Part shown: one piece after another, positions 39,833-48,605 of the stretch | How the letters are laid out: each line of letters opens with the position of its first letter | Position numbering within the stretch: the stretch's first letter is position 1 | NCBI GenBank assembly: GCA_965215605.1 | Contig: OZ244070.1 | Span: 2,496,001 to 2,560,000, forward strand | Length of the DNA: 64,000 nucleotides | Reading direction: 5' to 3' | DNA from: an uncultured Candidatus Binatia bacterium | GTDB lineage: Bacteria > Desulfobacterota > Binatia > UBA9968 > JAJDTQ01 | Position numbers and translations under genes: made by a program | Notes under the pieces: generated by a model | Seen by the model: only the letters and a program-made list of their open reading frames with translations | Databases searched by the model: none | What the model was told of the DNA's origin: nothing

Positions 39833-40900
39833 TCAGGCGCCGCCCGTGCCTCGATACAGGGGAGATTCCTTGTAGCGCCCGATGAAGAAACGCGTGAGGA
39901 CGCCGATGGCGGCGGTGGCGGGCACGGACAGCAGCAGTCCGACGAAGCCGAACAGGGCGCCGCCGGCGAACAGGCCGAAGATCAGCCACAGGGGATGGAC
40001 GGCGATGCGGCTGCCCATGACCCGGGGCGTCAGCACGTAGTCGGCCAGCAACTGCCCCACGAGAAAAATCGCCAGGACCAGGGCGATCCGGATCCATTCA
40101 GGCCAGAACTGGAGACAGGCGACCCCGACGGACGCCACCAGCCCGAAGATCGTGCCGACGTAAGGGATGAAGGACAGGGCGCCGGTGGCGAGTCCGATGG
40201 TCAGGCCGTAGTCGAGGCCCGCCAGCGAGAGGGCGACGCCGTAGAAGGCCGCCAGCGCGGCGCAGATGATGACGGAGCCGTGGAGGAACCCCTTGAGCAC
40301 CACGTCGATGTCGCGCATGATTCCGCGCACGGTGCCGGCGTGGTCCCGGGGCAGCCAGTCGTCCACGGCGGCGACGATGCCGGGCCACTGCCGCAGCAGG
40401 TAGAAGGTAGTGAGGGGGGTGATGGTGAGGAGGGTGGCGATGTTGACGACCGCGGCGCCGCCGCTGGCCAGGCCCTGGAACAACCCCAGTCCCAGCTTGG
40501 TCAACCGCTGCAGGTTCCCCCCCATGGTCTGGTGCAGGCCCTCGGGTTGGCCGGCGCCGATGGCGTTCAGCGCCCGGTCGAGCAGCGGTCCGACCGCCTG
40601 GACAAGGCGGGAGACCAGTGCCGGCAGCCGCTGGATCAGGTCCGCGGCCTGCTCGGCCACCGGCGGGATGAGCAGCAACAGCACCAGCAGCCCGGCGCCG
40701 AAGAAGCCGGCGCCGATGAGCACGGTGGCCGTGGTCCGCGAGCAACCGCGTTGTTCCAGCCGGGTGGCAGCCGGGTCCAGGGAGTAGGCGAGGGCGATGC
40801 CCAGGACGAAGGGGAGCAGAACGGCGCTCAGGAGCCACACCAGCAGCAGCGCCGCCGCCAGCACCAGGAGCCAGAACCATGCCTGTGTGCGCGCGTTCAT
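39833..40900 (-). CDS. AI-2E family transporter (PerM-like)
   Basis: LLPFV..ALAY.LDP, FIPYVG, LTPRVMG, VHPLW, FGFVGLLL.VP. Confidence 0.9.
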   Translation of the reverse strand: MNARTQAWFWLLVLAAALLLVWLLSAVLLPFVLGIALAYSLDPAATRLEQRGCSRTTATVLIGAGFFGAGLLVLLLLIPPVAEQAADLIQRLPALVSRLVQAVGPLLDRALNAIGAGQPEGLHQTMGGNLQRLTKLGLGLFQGLASGGAAVVNIATLLTITPLTTFYLLRQWPGIVAAVDDWLPRDHAGTVRGIMRDIDVVLKGFLHGSVIICAALAAFYGVALSLAGLDYGLTIGLATGALSFIPYVGTIFGLVASVGVACLQFWPEWIRIALVLAIFLVGQLLADYVLTPRVMGSRIAVHPLWLIFGLFAGGALFGFVGLLLSVPATAAIGVLTRFFIGRYKESPLYRGTGGA

Positions 40901-40935
40901 GAACCAGCGTCGTGTCCGGCAGACTCCGTGAGAGT

Positions 40936-41469
40936 TTACCGGATCCCGAGCCCCTTGGCGCCGCAGAACCGCACCACCTCGCGTTCCAGCGCCTCGACGT
41001 TGTCGCAGTTGACGATCACGGACGAATCACGGTGATCGAGCGCCCCGCCGGCGAGCCGGTCCGACCAGCCGCCGGACCCCTGCAGGACGTAGATGGGGCG
41101 CCCGTGAATCCACGCAAAGCACAGTTCGGAGAGGGTGCCGGCGCCGCCGCCCACGGCCACGATGAAGTCGCCCGCCAGCGCCGTCAGGACGTTCCGGGCG
41201 TGGCCCAAGCCGGTAGGGATGACCACATCGCACCATTGGTTGGCCGCGGCCGCCTGGCTCCCGGGGGTGATTCCCACGGTGAGGCCGCCGGCCCGGGCGG
41301 CTCCCCTGGAGGCCGCTTCCATCACCCCGCCCCGGCCGCCGGTGATCAGGGTAATGCCGCGCCGCCCGAGCATCCCGCCGGCATCCTCGGCGAGCGCCAG
41401 GTTGTCATGGGAGGCGTCCGAGTCCCCCACCAGCGCGGCCTGGGCGAAGCGTACGGCGCCGGCATTCAC
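40936..41469 (-). CDS. TIGR00725 family protein (SLOG/LOG superfamily)
   Basis: TGGRGGVMEAA, TVGITPG, TGLGHARN, GGGAGTLSE. Confidence 0.88.
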   Translation of the reverse strand: MNAGAVRFAQAALVGDSDASHDNLALAEDAGGMLGRRGITLITGGRGGVMEAASRGAARAGGLTVGITPGSQAAAANQWCDVVIPTGLGHARNVLTALAGDFIVAVGGGAGTLSELCFAWIHGRPIYVLQGSGGWSDRLAGGALDHRDSSVIVNCDNVEALEREVVRFCGAKGLGIR

Positions 41470-41487
41470 GTGTTCGTCGGGCCTCCC

Positions 41488-42954
41488 TCAGTCCAGCAGG
41501 TAGCCGAATTTTTCATGGGCCTTCCGGACCACCTCCGGGCTCGGCGCGTTGACCTTGGGATACTTGTCGAACCACTCGAAGGGACGGCAGGCGTCCACTA
41601 CCACGCGGGAGTTGGTGAGGTCCTGGACCTTGCGCTGATCCGGCGTCACGCGCGGGTCGGCGGGGGAGGTGCGCATCTTGCGCAGTATTTCGATGGAGGT
41701 CTCGGGATCGGTCCGAGTGAGCATGGCCCAGATCAGCTCCTCCAGGTTGGACACGTCGACGTCGTCGTCCACCACGATGACGAACTTGCAGCCGTACACC
41801 ACCGAGCCGCAGGATGATGCCAGAACGCCCGCCTGCCTCGCGTGGCCGGGGTAGCGCTGCTTGATGCCGATACCGTGCAGCAGGCGCGAGGCGCCGACCT
41901 CGTGGCACCACACCTGGGTGACGTCGGGAACGCCGGCGCTGGCCAGCTCGTGCTTGAGCATGGCCGAGCGCATGATGGCGCGGTAGCGCGCCATCTCGTC
42001 GGAACCGGCCCCCAGCGGCGGCACGCCGAGGATGATGGGATCGTTGCGATGGTAGATGGCGCGGATGTCCAGGGTCGGCTGCTCGCTGGCGCCGCCGGCA
42101 TAGTAGCCGGTCCACTCGCCGAACGGCCCCTCCACCGCGCGCTTGTCCGTGGTCAGGAAACCTTCCATGACGATCTCGGCGTTGGCCGGGAAGGGCAGGC
42201 CCGTAACCTTGCCCCGCACCACCTCCACCGGGGTGCCGCGCAGGCCGCCCACCACGTCGAACTCGCACACGCCGTAGGGAAACTCCGTGCCCCCCACGAA
42301 GAACGACATGGGGTCGCTGCCCACCACCAAGGCCACGGGCATGGGCTGTCCCTTGTCGAAGTACTTCTTGCGATGCATGTAGGCGTGCTTGCCGGGGACG
42401 AACAGCAGGCTCACCGATTTTTCGTCCTGCACCATGGCGCGGTAGGTGCCGACGTTGATCCAGCGCTCCTCGGGATCGATGGTCACGCAGAAGCAGCCGG
42501 TGCCGATGTAGCGGCCGCCGTCGTCCGCGTGCCACTTGGGGGTGGGGAAGCGGGTCACGTCGATGTCGTCGCCGGTGAGGACGTTCTCGAACACCGGTCC
42601 GTCGTCCACCACTACGTGGGGTAGCCGCCGCTGCACCTTGATGTAGTGGTCGAAGAAGGCTTGGCTGAGTTCCTGCTTGGTGAGGTGTTCGGGAAACCCC
42701 AGCGTCATGTTCCGGCGCTTGCCGGCGAAGGCGTTGATGAGGACCCGGAAACCCTTGGGGCAGCCGGGGACCTCGTCGAACAGCACCGCCGGCCCGTCGT
42801 CCACGCGGATGACCGCGTCGGCGGCCAGGCCGATGTCCTCTTCCCAGCTCGCGCCGGTGACGGTGCGGAGCTCGCCAAGGGCGTCGGCCCGGGCCATCCA
42901 TTCGCGGAGGTCGTGATAGGGGAGCCTGGCTTCGATGTCAGCAGTTGTGGTCAT
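41488..42954 (-). CDS. UbiD family prFMN-dependent (de)carboxylase
   Basis: DLREW, DGGRYIGT, NVGTYR, AEIVMEG, EGPFGEWTGYY, IVVDDDVD, WAMLTR. Confidence 0.93.
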   Translation of the reverse strand: MTTTADIEARLPYHDLREWMARADALGELRTVTGASWEEDIGLAADAVIRVDDGPAVLFDEVPGCPKGFRVLINAFAGKRRNMTLGFPEHLTKQELSQAFFDHYIKVQRRLPHVVVDDGPVFENVLTGDDIDVTRFPTPKWHADDGGRYIGTGCFCVTIDPEERWINVGTYRAMVQDEKSVSLLFVPGKHAYMHRKKYFDKGQPMPVALVVGSDPMSFFVGGTEFPYGVCEFDVVGGLRGTPVEVVRGKVTGLPFPANAEIVMEGFLTTDKRAVEGPFGEWTGYYAGGASEQPTLDIRAIYHRNDPIILGVPPLGAGSDEMARYRAIMRSAMLKHELASAGVPDVTQVWCHEVGASRLLHGIGIKQRYPGHARQAGVLASSCGSVVYGCKFVIVVDDDVDVSNLEELIWAMLTRTDPETSIEILRKMRTSPADPRVTPDQRKVQDLTNSRVVVDACRPFEWFDKYPKVNAPSPEVVRKAHEKFGYLLD

Positions 42955-42968
42955 GGGTTTGGTTCCGA

Positions 42969-43853
42969 TCAGGCGGCCATGGACTTGATGCGTTCCACCG
43001 CCTCGTCCACCAGCTCGTCGGTGGTCTCGTTGGCGCCGACGATGCCGACCCGGGACATGCCCGTGAACCAGGAGCGTTCCAGGTCGTCGATCTTCTCGAT
43101 GCGGTACACGTTGCCGTTGAAGGCCTTCGCCACCTCCTCCATGCGGTTGGTCATGCCCTCGGTCCAGCCGAAGATGACCACCGCTTCCACGTCGCGCGCC
43201 AGCTCTTCCACCTTGGGCAGCCGCTGGAGCGAGTCGATGCAGGCGGTGTTGCGGATGCGGACGTTGGCGAAGCGCTCCAGGATGCGGGTCATGATCTTCG
43301 TATAGCTCTCCATCCAGAAGGTGGTCTGGACGATGACGCCCACGGGCTCGAAACGGGTCAGGCGGATGTCGGCCACGTCCTCTTCTTTCTCGACGATGAA
43401 CACCTCCCGCTCCTTCTCCTTGGCGATGCCCATGAGGCGCGGGATGCCGTGATGGGAGCGGCTGCTGAGGATCACCAGGTGGCAGCCCTGGTCCAGCAGC
43501 TCCAGCTCGGCTTCCTCCTGCTGGACCACGAACGGACAGGTGGCGTCGGCCAGAAGCTCCAGCCCCTGCTCCTTCGCCTGCCGGCGAACCTCCGGCGGCG
43601 CGCCGCGGACGCCGTAGATGAGTTTCTCGTCCTGGATGGAGTCCATGTCGTTGGTGGAGCGGATGCCCTCTTCGTCCTCCAGGCTCCTGAAGGCGATGAA
43701 GTCGTTCTCGGGCCTCAGGGACCACACGGCGATGCCGTCGCCGTGTTTCTCCACCATCTTCTGGTGCATCGCCCCGGCGCGGTGCACGCCCACGCAGAGA
43801 CCGCTGGGCGGGATCCCCTTGGTGTTGTTGAAGTCGACCTTGACCACTTCCAT
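42969..43853 (-). CDS. Divergent IspH/LytB-like [4Fe-4S] protein
   Basis: GLCVGVHRA, DATCPFV, QTT and NTAC give three cluster Cys with IspH spacing; the substrate-binding His and Glu motifs are altered. Confidence 0.85.
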   Translation of the reverse strand: MEVVKVDFNNTKGIPPSGLCVGVHRAGAMHQKMVEKHGDGIAVWSLRPENDFIAFRSLEDEEGIRSTNDMDSIQDEKLIYGVRGAPPEVRRQAKEQGLELLADATCPFVVQQEEAELELLDQGCHLVILSSRSHHGIPRLMGIAKEKEREVFIVEKEEDVADIRLTRFEPVGVIVQTTFWMESYTKIMTRILERFANVRIRNTACIDSLQRLPKVEELARDVEAVVIFGWTEGMTNRMEEVAKAFNGNVYRIEKIDDLERSWFTGMSRVGIVGANETTDELVDEAVERIKSMAA

Positions 43854-43983
43854 GAGAGCCTCCTCGCTAAACCGGGTTGTTGCGGAATGTTTGCAAATCG
43901 GAGGGGGTTTTTCAACGGGTCACGGGCCGCCCGTCCAGATTGAACCCCGCTCGTGCATTCGTCATCCTGCGCCGCGGGCGCCT

Positions 43984-45102
43984 CTACACGAGCTGCGAGA
44001 GCAGCGCCGGCGCCGGCGCCACGCGGATGCCGTCGGGCGTCACGTAGTCCTTCACGCCGGTGGCGGAAATCTGCCATGCCTCGGCGTCGGGGAATTTCGT
44101 CTTCAGGTACTTGAGGCTCCGGTCCGGGTTGGCGTCGGACCACTTGCACTCCACGAGCAGTGACGGGGCGCCTCGCCGCTCAACGACGAAGTCCACCTCC
44201 CGGCCGTCCTTGTCGCGAAAGTAGCGCAACTCGAGATCCAGTCCTTCGGTGTCCTGCTGGTGGTGGACCCACTTGAGCAGGTGGCAGGCGGCGAGGTTCT
44301 CGAAACGCGCGCCGTCTTCGGGCGGCAGGGTCCAGTCGAAGTGGTAGTGCTTGGACTGTTTCTTGACGGTGCGCAGGCGCGGCGAACCGAACGGAAGCAG
44401 GCGGAAGAGGGCGTACAGCCGTTCCAGAGCGTCGAGCCAAGCGTTGGCGGTCTTGTGGCTGATCTGCAAGTCCTGGCGCAGAGCGTTGACGGAAAGGGGC
44501 GAGCCGACTCGCTCCGGCAGGGACAGCATCATCAACTCCAACTGCCCGAGGTCCTGGATCCGTTCGAGAGTGGCCACCTCTTCCCGCACCAGCAGAGCGC
44601 CGTATTCCCTGGACCATCGTGCGGCTTCACGGCGGCTGCCGGACAGCCAGGGTTCGGGGAAGCCGCCAAGTTCCAGCAAGTCGCGCAGGCCCTCGGGCGT
44701 ATCGATGCCCAACTCGGCCACGGAGAAGGGGTGTAGCCGCAACAGGTGATAGCGTCCCTGCAAGGAATCGCCCCCGTAGCGGTAGAAGTCCAGTTGCCCG
44801 CTCCCGGTCACGAGAATCTTCTGTCCGGCCCGGCGGCCGTCATACAGGCCTTTCAGGTAGTTGCGCCAGTTCCGGTACTTGTGGACTTCGTCGAAGATCC
44901 ATAAGTCCGACGCCGGCAACTCCCGCCGCAGGATGCGCTGCCGGTGATCGGCGATGTCCCAGTTGAGGTACGCATCGGCGGCGCCGGGCAGGCTGCGCGC
45001 CAGGGTGGTCTTGCCGACTTGGCGCGGGCCTGCCACGAACGCCATCTTGCGCTGAAGGTCCGACAGGACCTGCGCGGCAAGGTATCTGGGCGTCTCGGCC
45101 AT
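43984..45102 (-). CDS. AAA_14 ATPase with DUF4143 / PD-(D/E)XK-like C-terminus
   Basis: GPRQVGKTT, FDEVHK, VTGS, GGFPE, FEN, EVDFV..ECK. Confidence 0.9.
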   Translation of the reverse strand: MAETPRYLAAQVLSDLQRKMAFVAGPRQVGKTTLARSLPGAADAYLNWDIADHRQRILRRELPASDLWIFDEVHKYRNWRNYLKGLYDGRRAGQKILVTGSGQLDFYRYGGDSLQGRYHLLRLHPFSVAELGIDTPEGLRDLLELGGFPEPWLSGSRREAARWSREYGALLVREEVATLERIQDLGQLELMMLSLPERVGSPLSVNALRQDLQISHKTANAWLDALERLYALFRLLPFGSPRLRTVKKQSKHYHFDWTLPPEDGARFENLAACHLLKWVHHQQDTEGLDLELRYFRDKDGREVDFVVERRGAPSLLVECKWSDANPDRSLKYLKTKFPDAEAWQISATGVKDYVTPDGIRVAPAPALLSQLV

Positions 45103-45121
45103 GGGTCGAGTATGCGCCCAT

Positions 45122-45172
45122 TTTTGACTCTGGTCAAAATTGGCCGCGGCTAATTTTGACCAAGGGTGAAAA
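45122..45172. promoter_or_regulatory. Nested palindromic operator-like element upstream of the AAA_14 gene
   Basis: 32-bp near-perfect palindrome at 45131-45162, plus TTTTGAC-N4-GTCAAAA at 45122-45139. Confidence 0.55.
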
Positions 45173-45183
45173 CAGCCGCGCGG

Positions 45184-46224
45184 TTAACCTTGCGCCGCCT
45201 GGGCCTTCTCGGCTTCCACAGCGACGTCGGTGAGGTATTCTTCCTGCTCCACGATGGTGTAGAGGGCCAGGGAGCCGTCGTCCTTGACAGGCTTGCCGCC
45301 GAAGAAGTGGAAGGCGTGGCCGTCCCAGTCGTAGAACTCGTCGCCGCGCTCGAACATGGCCTTCCAGCGGTATCCCACCGGACTGCGGTGCAGGCCGGTG
45401 CGCGCCGGCAGGGCGTCCTCCTCGTCCAGGGTGAGGCTGTCCTCTTCCTTGGCCATGGCTTCCTCGGGCAGGGTCTCCCACATGCGGCGGTAGTTGGGCA
45501 TGAACTCCTCCGCCCGCACCGTCAGCGCCGTGTGCATGTCCCACCAGGGGCCGTGGCCGGCCACGCGCTCGTCCACCTTGTCCGTGAGCTTGTAGACGAG
45601 CCGTCCGCCGGCTTGAAGGCGCAGCACCAGGTTGCCCTCCGCGACGTTGGGGTTCACTTCCGGCGTGAGGGCGCAGTAGGTCTTGAAGAAGTCCGCGGTC
45701 TTGCCCAGGTCCCGGGAGCCGTACACCGCGTGGCTGATGCGGCCGACGCCCTCGCTGGTGCAGACCTCCATGGCGCCCTCAGGCATATGATCGGGCGCCC
45801 AGAACTCGAACTGGTTGCCGTCGGGGTCGGCGAAGTAGATCACCGTGCCCTCGTCGCCGCCGTCCGCCGTCCGCACCGGTTCGGTGTGGGGGATTCCGTG
45901 GCGCTGGAGCCGCTTGACGTGCCGCTCCACCTCCTCGGGCCGGATGTAGAACCCGCATCGCGGCAATTCCTCCCCCAGCGGCTTGGCGGCCGGATAGACC
46001 TCGGGCTGGAGGAACGCGCCGATGCGGCAGGACTCGCCGTCCCACCACAGGAAGCACATGATCGGGACGTCCTTCTTGCGCGCGTTGGTGGTGATGCCAC
46101 GGATCGGCCGCCGGGTGATGCCGGTGGCGTTCACGGCCCAGTCGACCCAGGTCACCATGTCGTTGGTGCCCACGATGAAATGGTCGATCCAATGCACGAC
46201 GCCGCGCGGTTCATGTTTACCCAT
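45184..46224 (-). CDS. Two-domain VOC/glyoxalase family protein
   Basis: WIDHF, YFADPDGNQFEF, ISHAVY, MHTAL, FYDWDGHAFH. Confidence 0.8.
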   Translation of the reverse strand: MGKHEPRGVVHWIDHFIVGTNDMVTWVDWAVNATGITRRPIRGITTNARKKDVPIMCFLWWDGESCRIGAFLQPEVYPAAKPLGEELPRCGFYIRPEEVERHVKRLQRHGIPHTEPVRTADGGDEGTVIYFADPDGNQFEFWAPDHMPEGAMEVCTSEGVGRISHAVYGSRDLGKTADFFKTYCALTPEVNPNVAEGNLVLRLQAGGRLVYKLTDKVDERVAGHGPWWDMHTALTVRAEEFMPNYRRMWETLPEEAMAKEEDSLTLDEEDALPARTGLHRSPVGYRWKAMFERGDEFYDWDGHAFHFFGGKPVKDDGSLALYTIVEQEEYLTDVAVEAEKAQAAQG

Positions 46225-46333
46225 CGGATACCTCCCCCGGGCCGTCGGACCCGGAATACTGCGGACTGGACCCCCTGGCGGCCCATGACACGCCGATACC
46301 AAACCGGGTTGGTCGTGTCAACGAAACCCCTGC

Positions 46334-46471
46334 TCAATCGCCAAGGGACCTCATGTACGCGATGACGTTCCGGCGATCCTTCTCCCTGAAGTATTTCATG
46401 GTCATCTTCGACTTGACCTTGGGATCCTTCAGGAACTTCCGGAGATACTTCTGGGGATTCTTGAGGTACTG
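46334..46471 (-). pseudogene. C-terminal remnant of a class I cytochrome c (c2/c550-like)
   Basis: Minus strand reads QYLKNPQKYLRKFLKDPKVKSKMTMKYFREKDRRNVIAYMRSLGD*; no start codon, signal peptide or CxxCH. Confidence 0.7.
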
Positions 46472-46498
46472 GAGAGGCCCCAGAGGGAGCCTCTCCAG
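46469..46498. terminator. Hairpin downstream of the amidohydrolase gene
   Basis: Perfect 10-bp arms CTGGAGAGGC / GCCTCTCCAG; no clear U-tract. Confidence 0.4.
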
Positions 46499-46521
46499 CA
46501 GGCTGCATGCGCGCGTCAGGC

Positions 46522-48120
46522 CTATTTCTCTTCAAACGTGATCCGGCCGCCCGTCATGGTGAGGACGGGCCGGATAGCGGCGATCTGTTCCGGCGGGACC
46601 ATCAAATAGTCGCGGTCGAGTGCGACCAGATCAGCCAGCTTGCCGGGCTCCAATGACCCGAGGCTGTTCTCCTTGAACAGCAATTTTGCGTTGTTGATCG
46701 TATGGGCGATCAGAGCGGCCTTGCGGGAGACGCGCTGATCCTCGCTCCAGGCCCTCTGCCCCGCGATATTGCGGCCCGTCACGGCCCAGCCGAGGGTCAG
46801 GAAGGGATTGATGGGTGCGACGATGGCGCCGTCCGAGCCCAACCCCCACAGGACTCCGGAACGCTCGATGCTGCCGAGAGGCGGACGGTTGCGCGACCGC
46901 GAGTTCATCATCGCCTGGGAGTGCACGGCTACGGCCATCCCCAACTCACGGGCTCGATTCAGGTCCGGTTCGGTGATGCCCAGCGAATGCGCCAGCGTCC
47001 AGCGCAACTCCTTGACTCTCGGGGTGTGGAACGCGATCTCTTCCGCCAGGTCGATGAACTGGGAGATGGTCACCGCGCTCATGGTGTGTTCGTGGATCGG
47101 CCAACCGTGCTCGGCGGCGGTGCGCGCAACGGTGCGTACGGGACCCCAGACCGCTTCTTCCCAGGGGTCCCGGCGATTGGCCCGGTCGTGCATCGGCCCG
47201 TATATGTGCTCGCCCAGTCCGATCACGCCGAATTGATCGGTCGCATCGAACGGCTTCGCGGCTCCATCCGTTATGAGTCTCAGGGCATCGTCCGTGCTTT
47301 CGGGATCGCTGGCGCGGTAGCGCAGCGTGTGGAAGACCCGTAGCGGCATTGGCCCGGCGGCGGCCAGGCTTGCAAGCGGCGCCAGCTTGCCCTCGCTCGG
47401 CCGTCCGATATCGTAGACCGTCGTCAGGCCTACCCGGTTCAGTTCGGCCATATAGGCGAGTATCGCTCCTTTACTGGAACTCTTGTTGCGCCAGCCTATA
47501 TATCGCCCGAAAGGCCGGAAGCTTTGCCGCCCGCGCATCCGGGCACCTTCGGCGGGATCCCGGCCCACTGCCTTCAAGGCCACGGTGTTGGCATAAGCCG
47601 TGCGGTAGCTCTGCTGAATGTAGACAGGATGGTCGGGCGCCGCCGCATCCAACTCCGCGAGTGTGAAACCGCCCGGCTCGTTCCGAAATTGAGCCGCCGA
47701 CCAGCCGCCGACTACGGTAATCCACTGTCCCTTGGCCGCCGAGGCCGCCTTCGCGGCAATCATCGCCAAAGCCTTGGCCCGGCTCGTGACGCCATCGAGG
47801 CGAACTTCGCGCTGATAGTTCCAGACGCTGCGGATGAAATGGAAATGATTGTCGATCAGGCCGGGGATCACCGTCTTGCCCCCCAGCTCGATGGTTCGGG
47901 TATTCGGACCCTTGTGGCTGGCCACGGCTTGGGCTGAACCGATGGCGACAATCCGGCCGTCGGCGATGGCCAGGCTGTGGGCGACGGAGAATTCCGGATC
48001 GACGGTCAGTATCTTCCCGTTCGAAAGGATGATGTCGGCCGATTGCGCCCTGGCTTCGGGCATCGAAACAAGGGCCCACGTGAGAACCGTCAACGTGGTG
48101 AGAAAATATCGCAATGACAT
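46522..48120 (-). CDS. Exported Amidohydro_3 (YtcJ-like) metal-dependent amidohydrolase
   Basis: Signal peptide; NGKILTVD, VIPGLIDNHFH, WTLAH, GSDG, GSLEPGKLADLVALD. Confidence 0.9.
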   Translation of the reverse strand: MSLRYFLTTLTVLTWALVSMPEARAQSADIILSNGKILTVDPEFSVAHSLAIADGRIVAIGSAQAVASHKGPNTRTIELGGKTVIPGLIDNHFHFIRSVWNYQREVRLDGVTSRAKALAMIAAKAASAAKGQWITVVGGWSAAQFRNEPGGFTLAELDAAAPDHPVYIQQSYRTAYANTVALKAVGRDPAEGARMRGRQSFRPFGRYIGWRNKSSSKGAILAYMAELNRVGLTTVYDIGRPSEGKLAPLASLAAAGPMPLRVFHTLRYRASDPESTDDALRLITDGAAKPFDATDQFGVIGLGEHIYGPMHDRANRRDPWEEAVWGPVRTVARTAAEHGWPIHEHTMSAVTISQFIDLAEEIAFHTPRVKELRWTLAHSLGITEPDLNRARELGMAVAVHSQAMMNSRSRNRPPLGSIERSGVLWGLGSDGAIVAPINPFLTLGWAVTGRNIAGQRAWSEDQRVSRKAALIAHTINNAKLLFKENSLGSLEPGKLADLVALDRDYLMVPPEQIAAIRPVLTMTGGRITFEEK

Positions 48121-48605
48121 GGTGGTACCCCCGGTGCCCCGGCAAACGTCGCTGGAACCGTACGGCCCCGGCGCCCTCGCCTCAAACAGAATGCCGCATT
48201 CAGTTAGACGGTAGCAGGTTCCGGGTTGTTCATGCGGAGAAGGGGGGAGAACCTCACGGGCGATGCCACGGTGCGACGGCGGACCCGATGCCGCGTTGTC
48301 CCGTGGCGTCGAAAGAAGACGGCCTGCGAGTCCTGGTGGACGGCGGCCGGGCCGAAAGCCTCATGGATGCATGCGCGCGTCACATCGAGGTGAGGGGGAG
48401 GTTGATCGGGGTGTTGAGCGCTTCCGAAATCCCGGAGCCGGGGCTTCGGACGATTCTGGAAGCCCTGGGCGGAAATCCCGCGCACCCTGGTCCCGATTCG
48501 GACACGACACGGGTTCCTTTCAGATGTGGGGCTGATCCGTCCGGTTCCTTCCCCTTGTTGAAAGGTTGAGCCCCGTCGGCGTTCCGTGTCAAAGTTGACG
48601 GGAAG

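Noticed and set aside
41488-43725. 745-aa ORF suggesting an N-terminally extended UbiD or an IspH-UbiD fusion
   Set aside because: The extension overlaps the IspH-like gene in another frame; the IspH-like gene has its own stop at 42969 and UbiD homology starts at about 42954.
48114-48600. 151-aa ORF containing RCHG, considered as the missing 5' half of the cytochrome c or a regulator remnant
   Set aside because: It has no CxxCH, is on the wrong strand and has no recognisable motif; it may be decayed sequence, but I cannot support a call.
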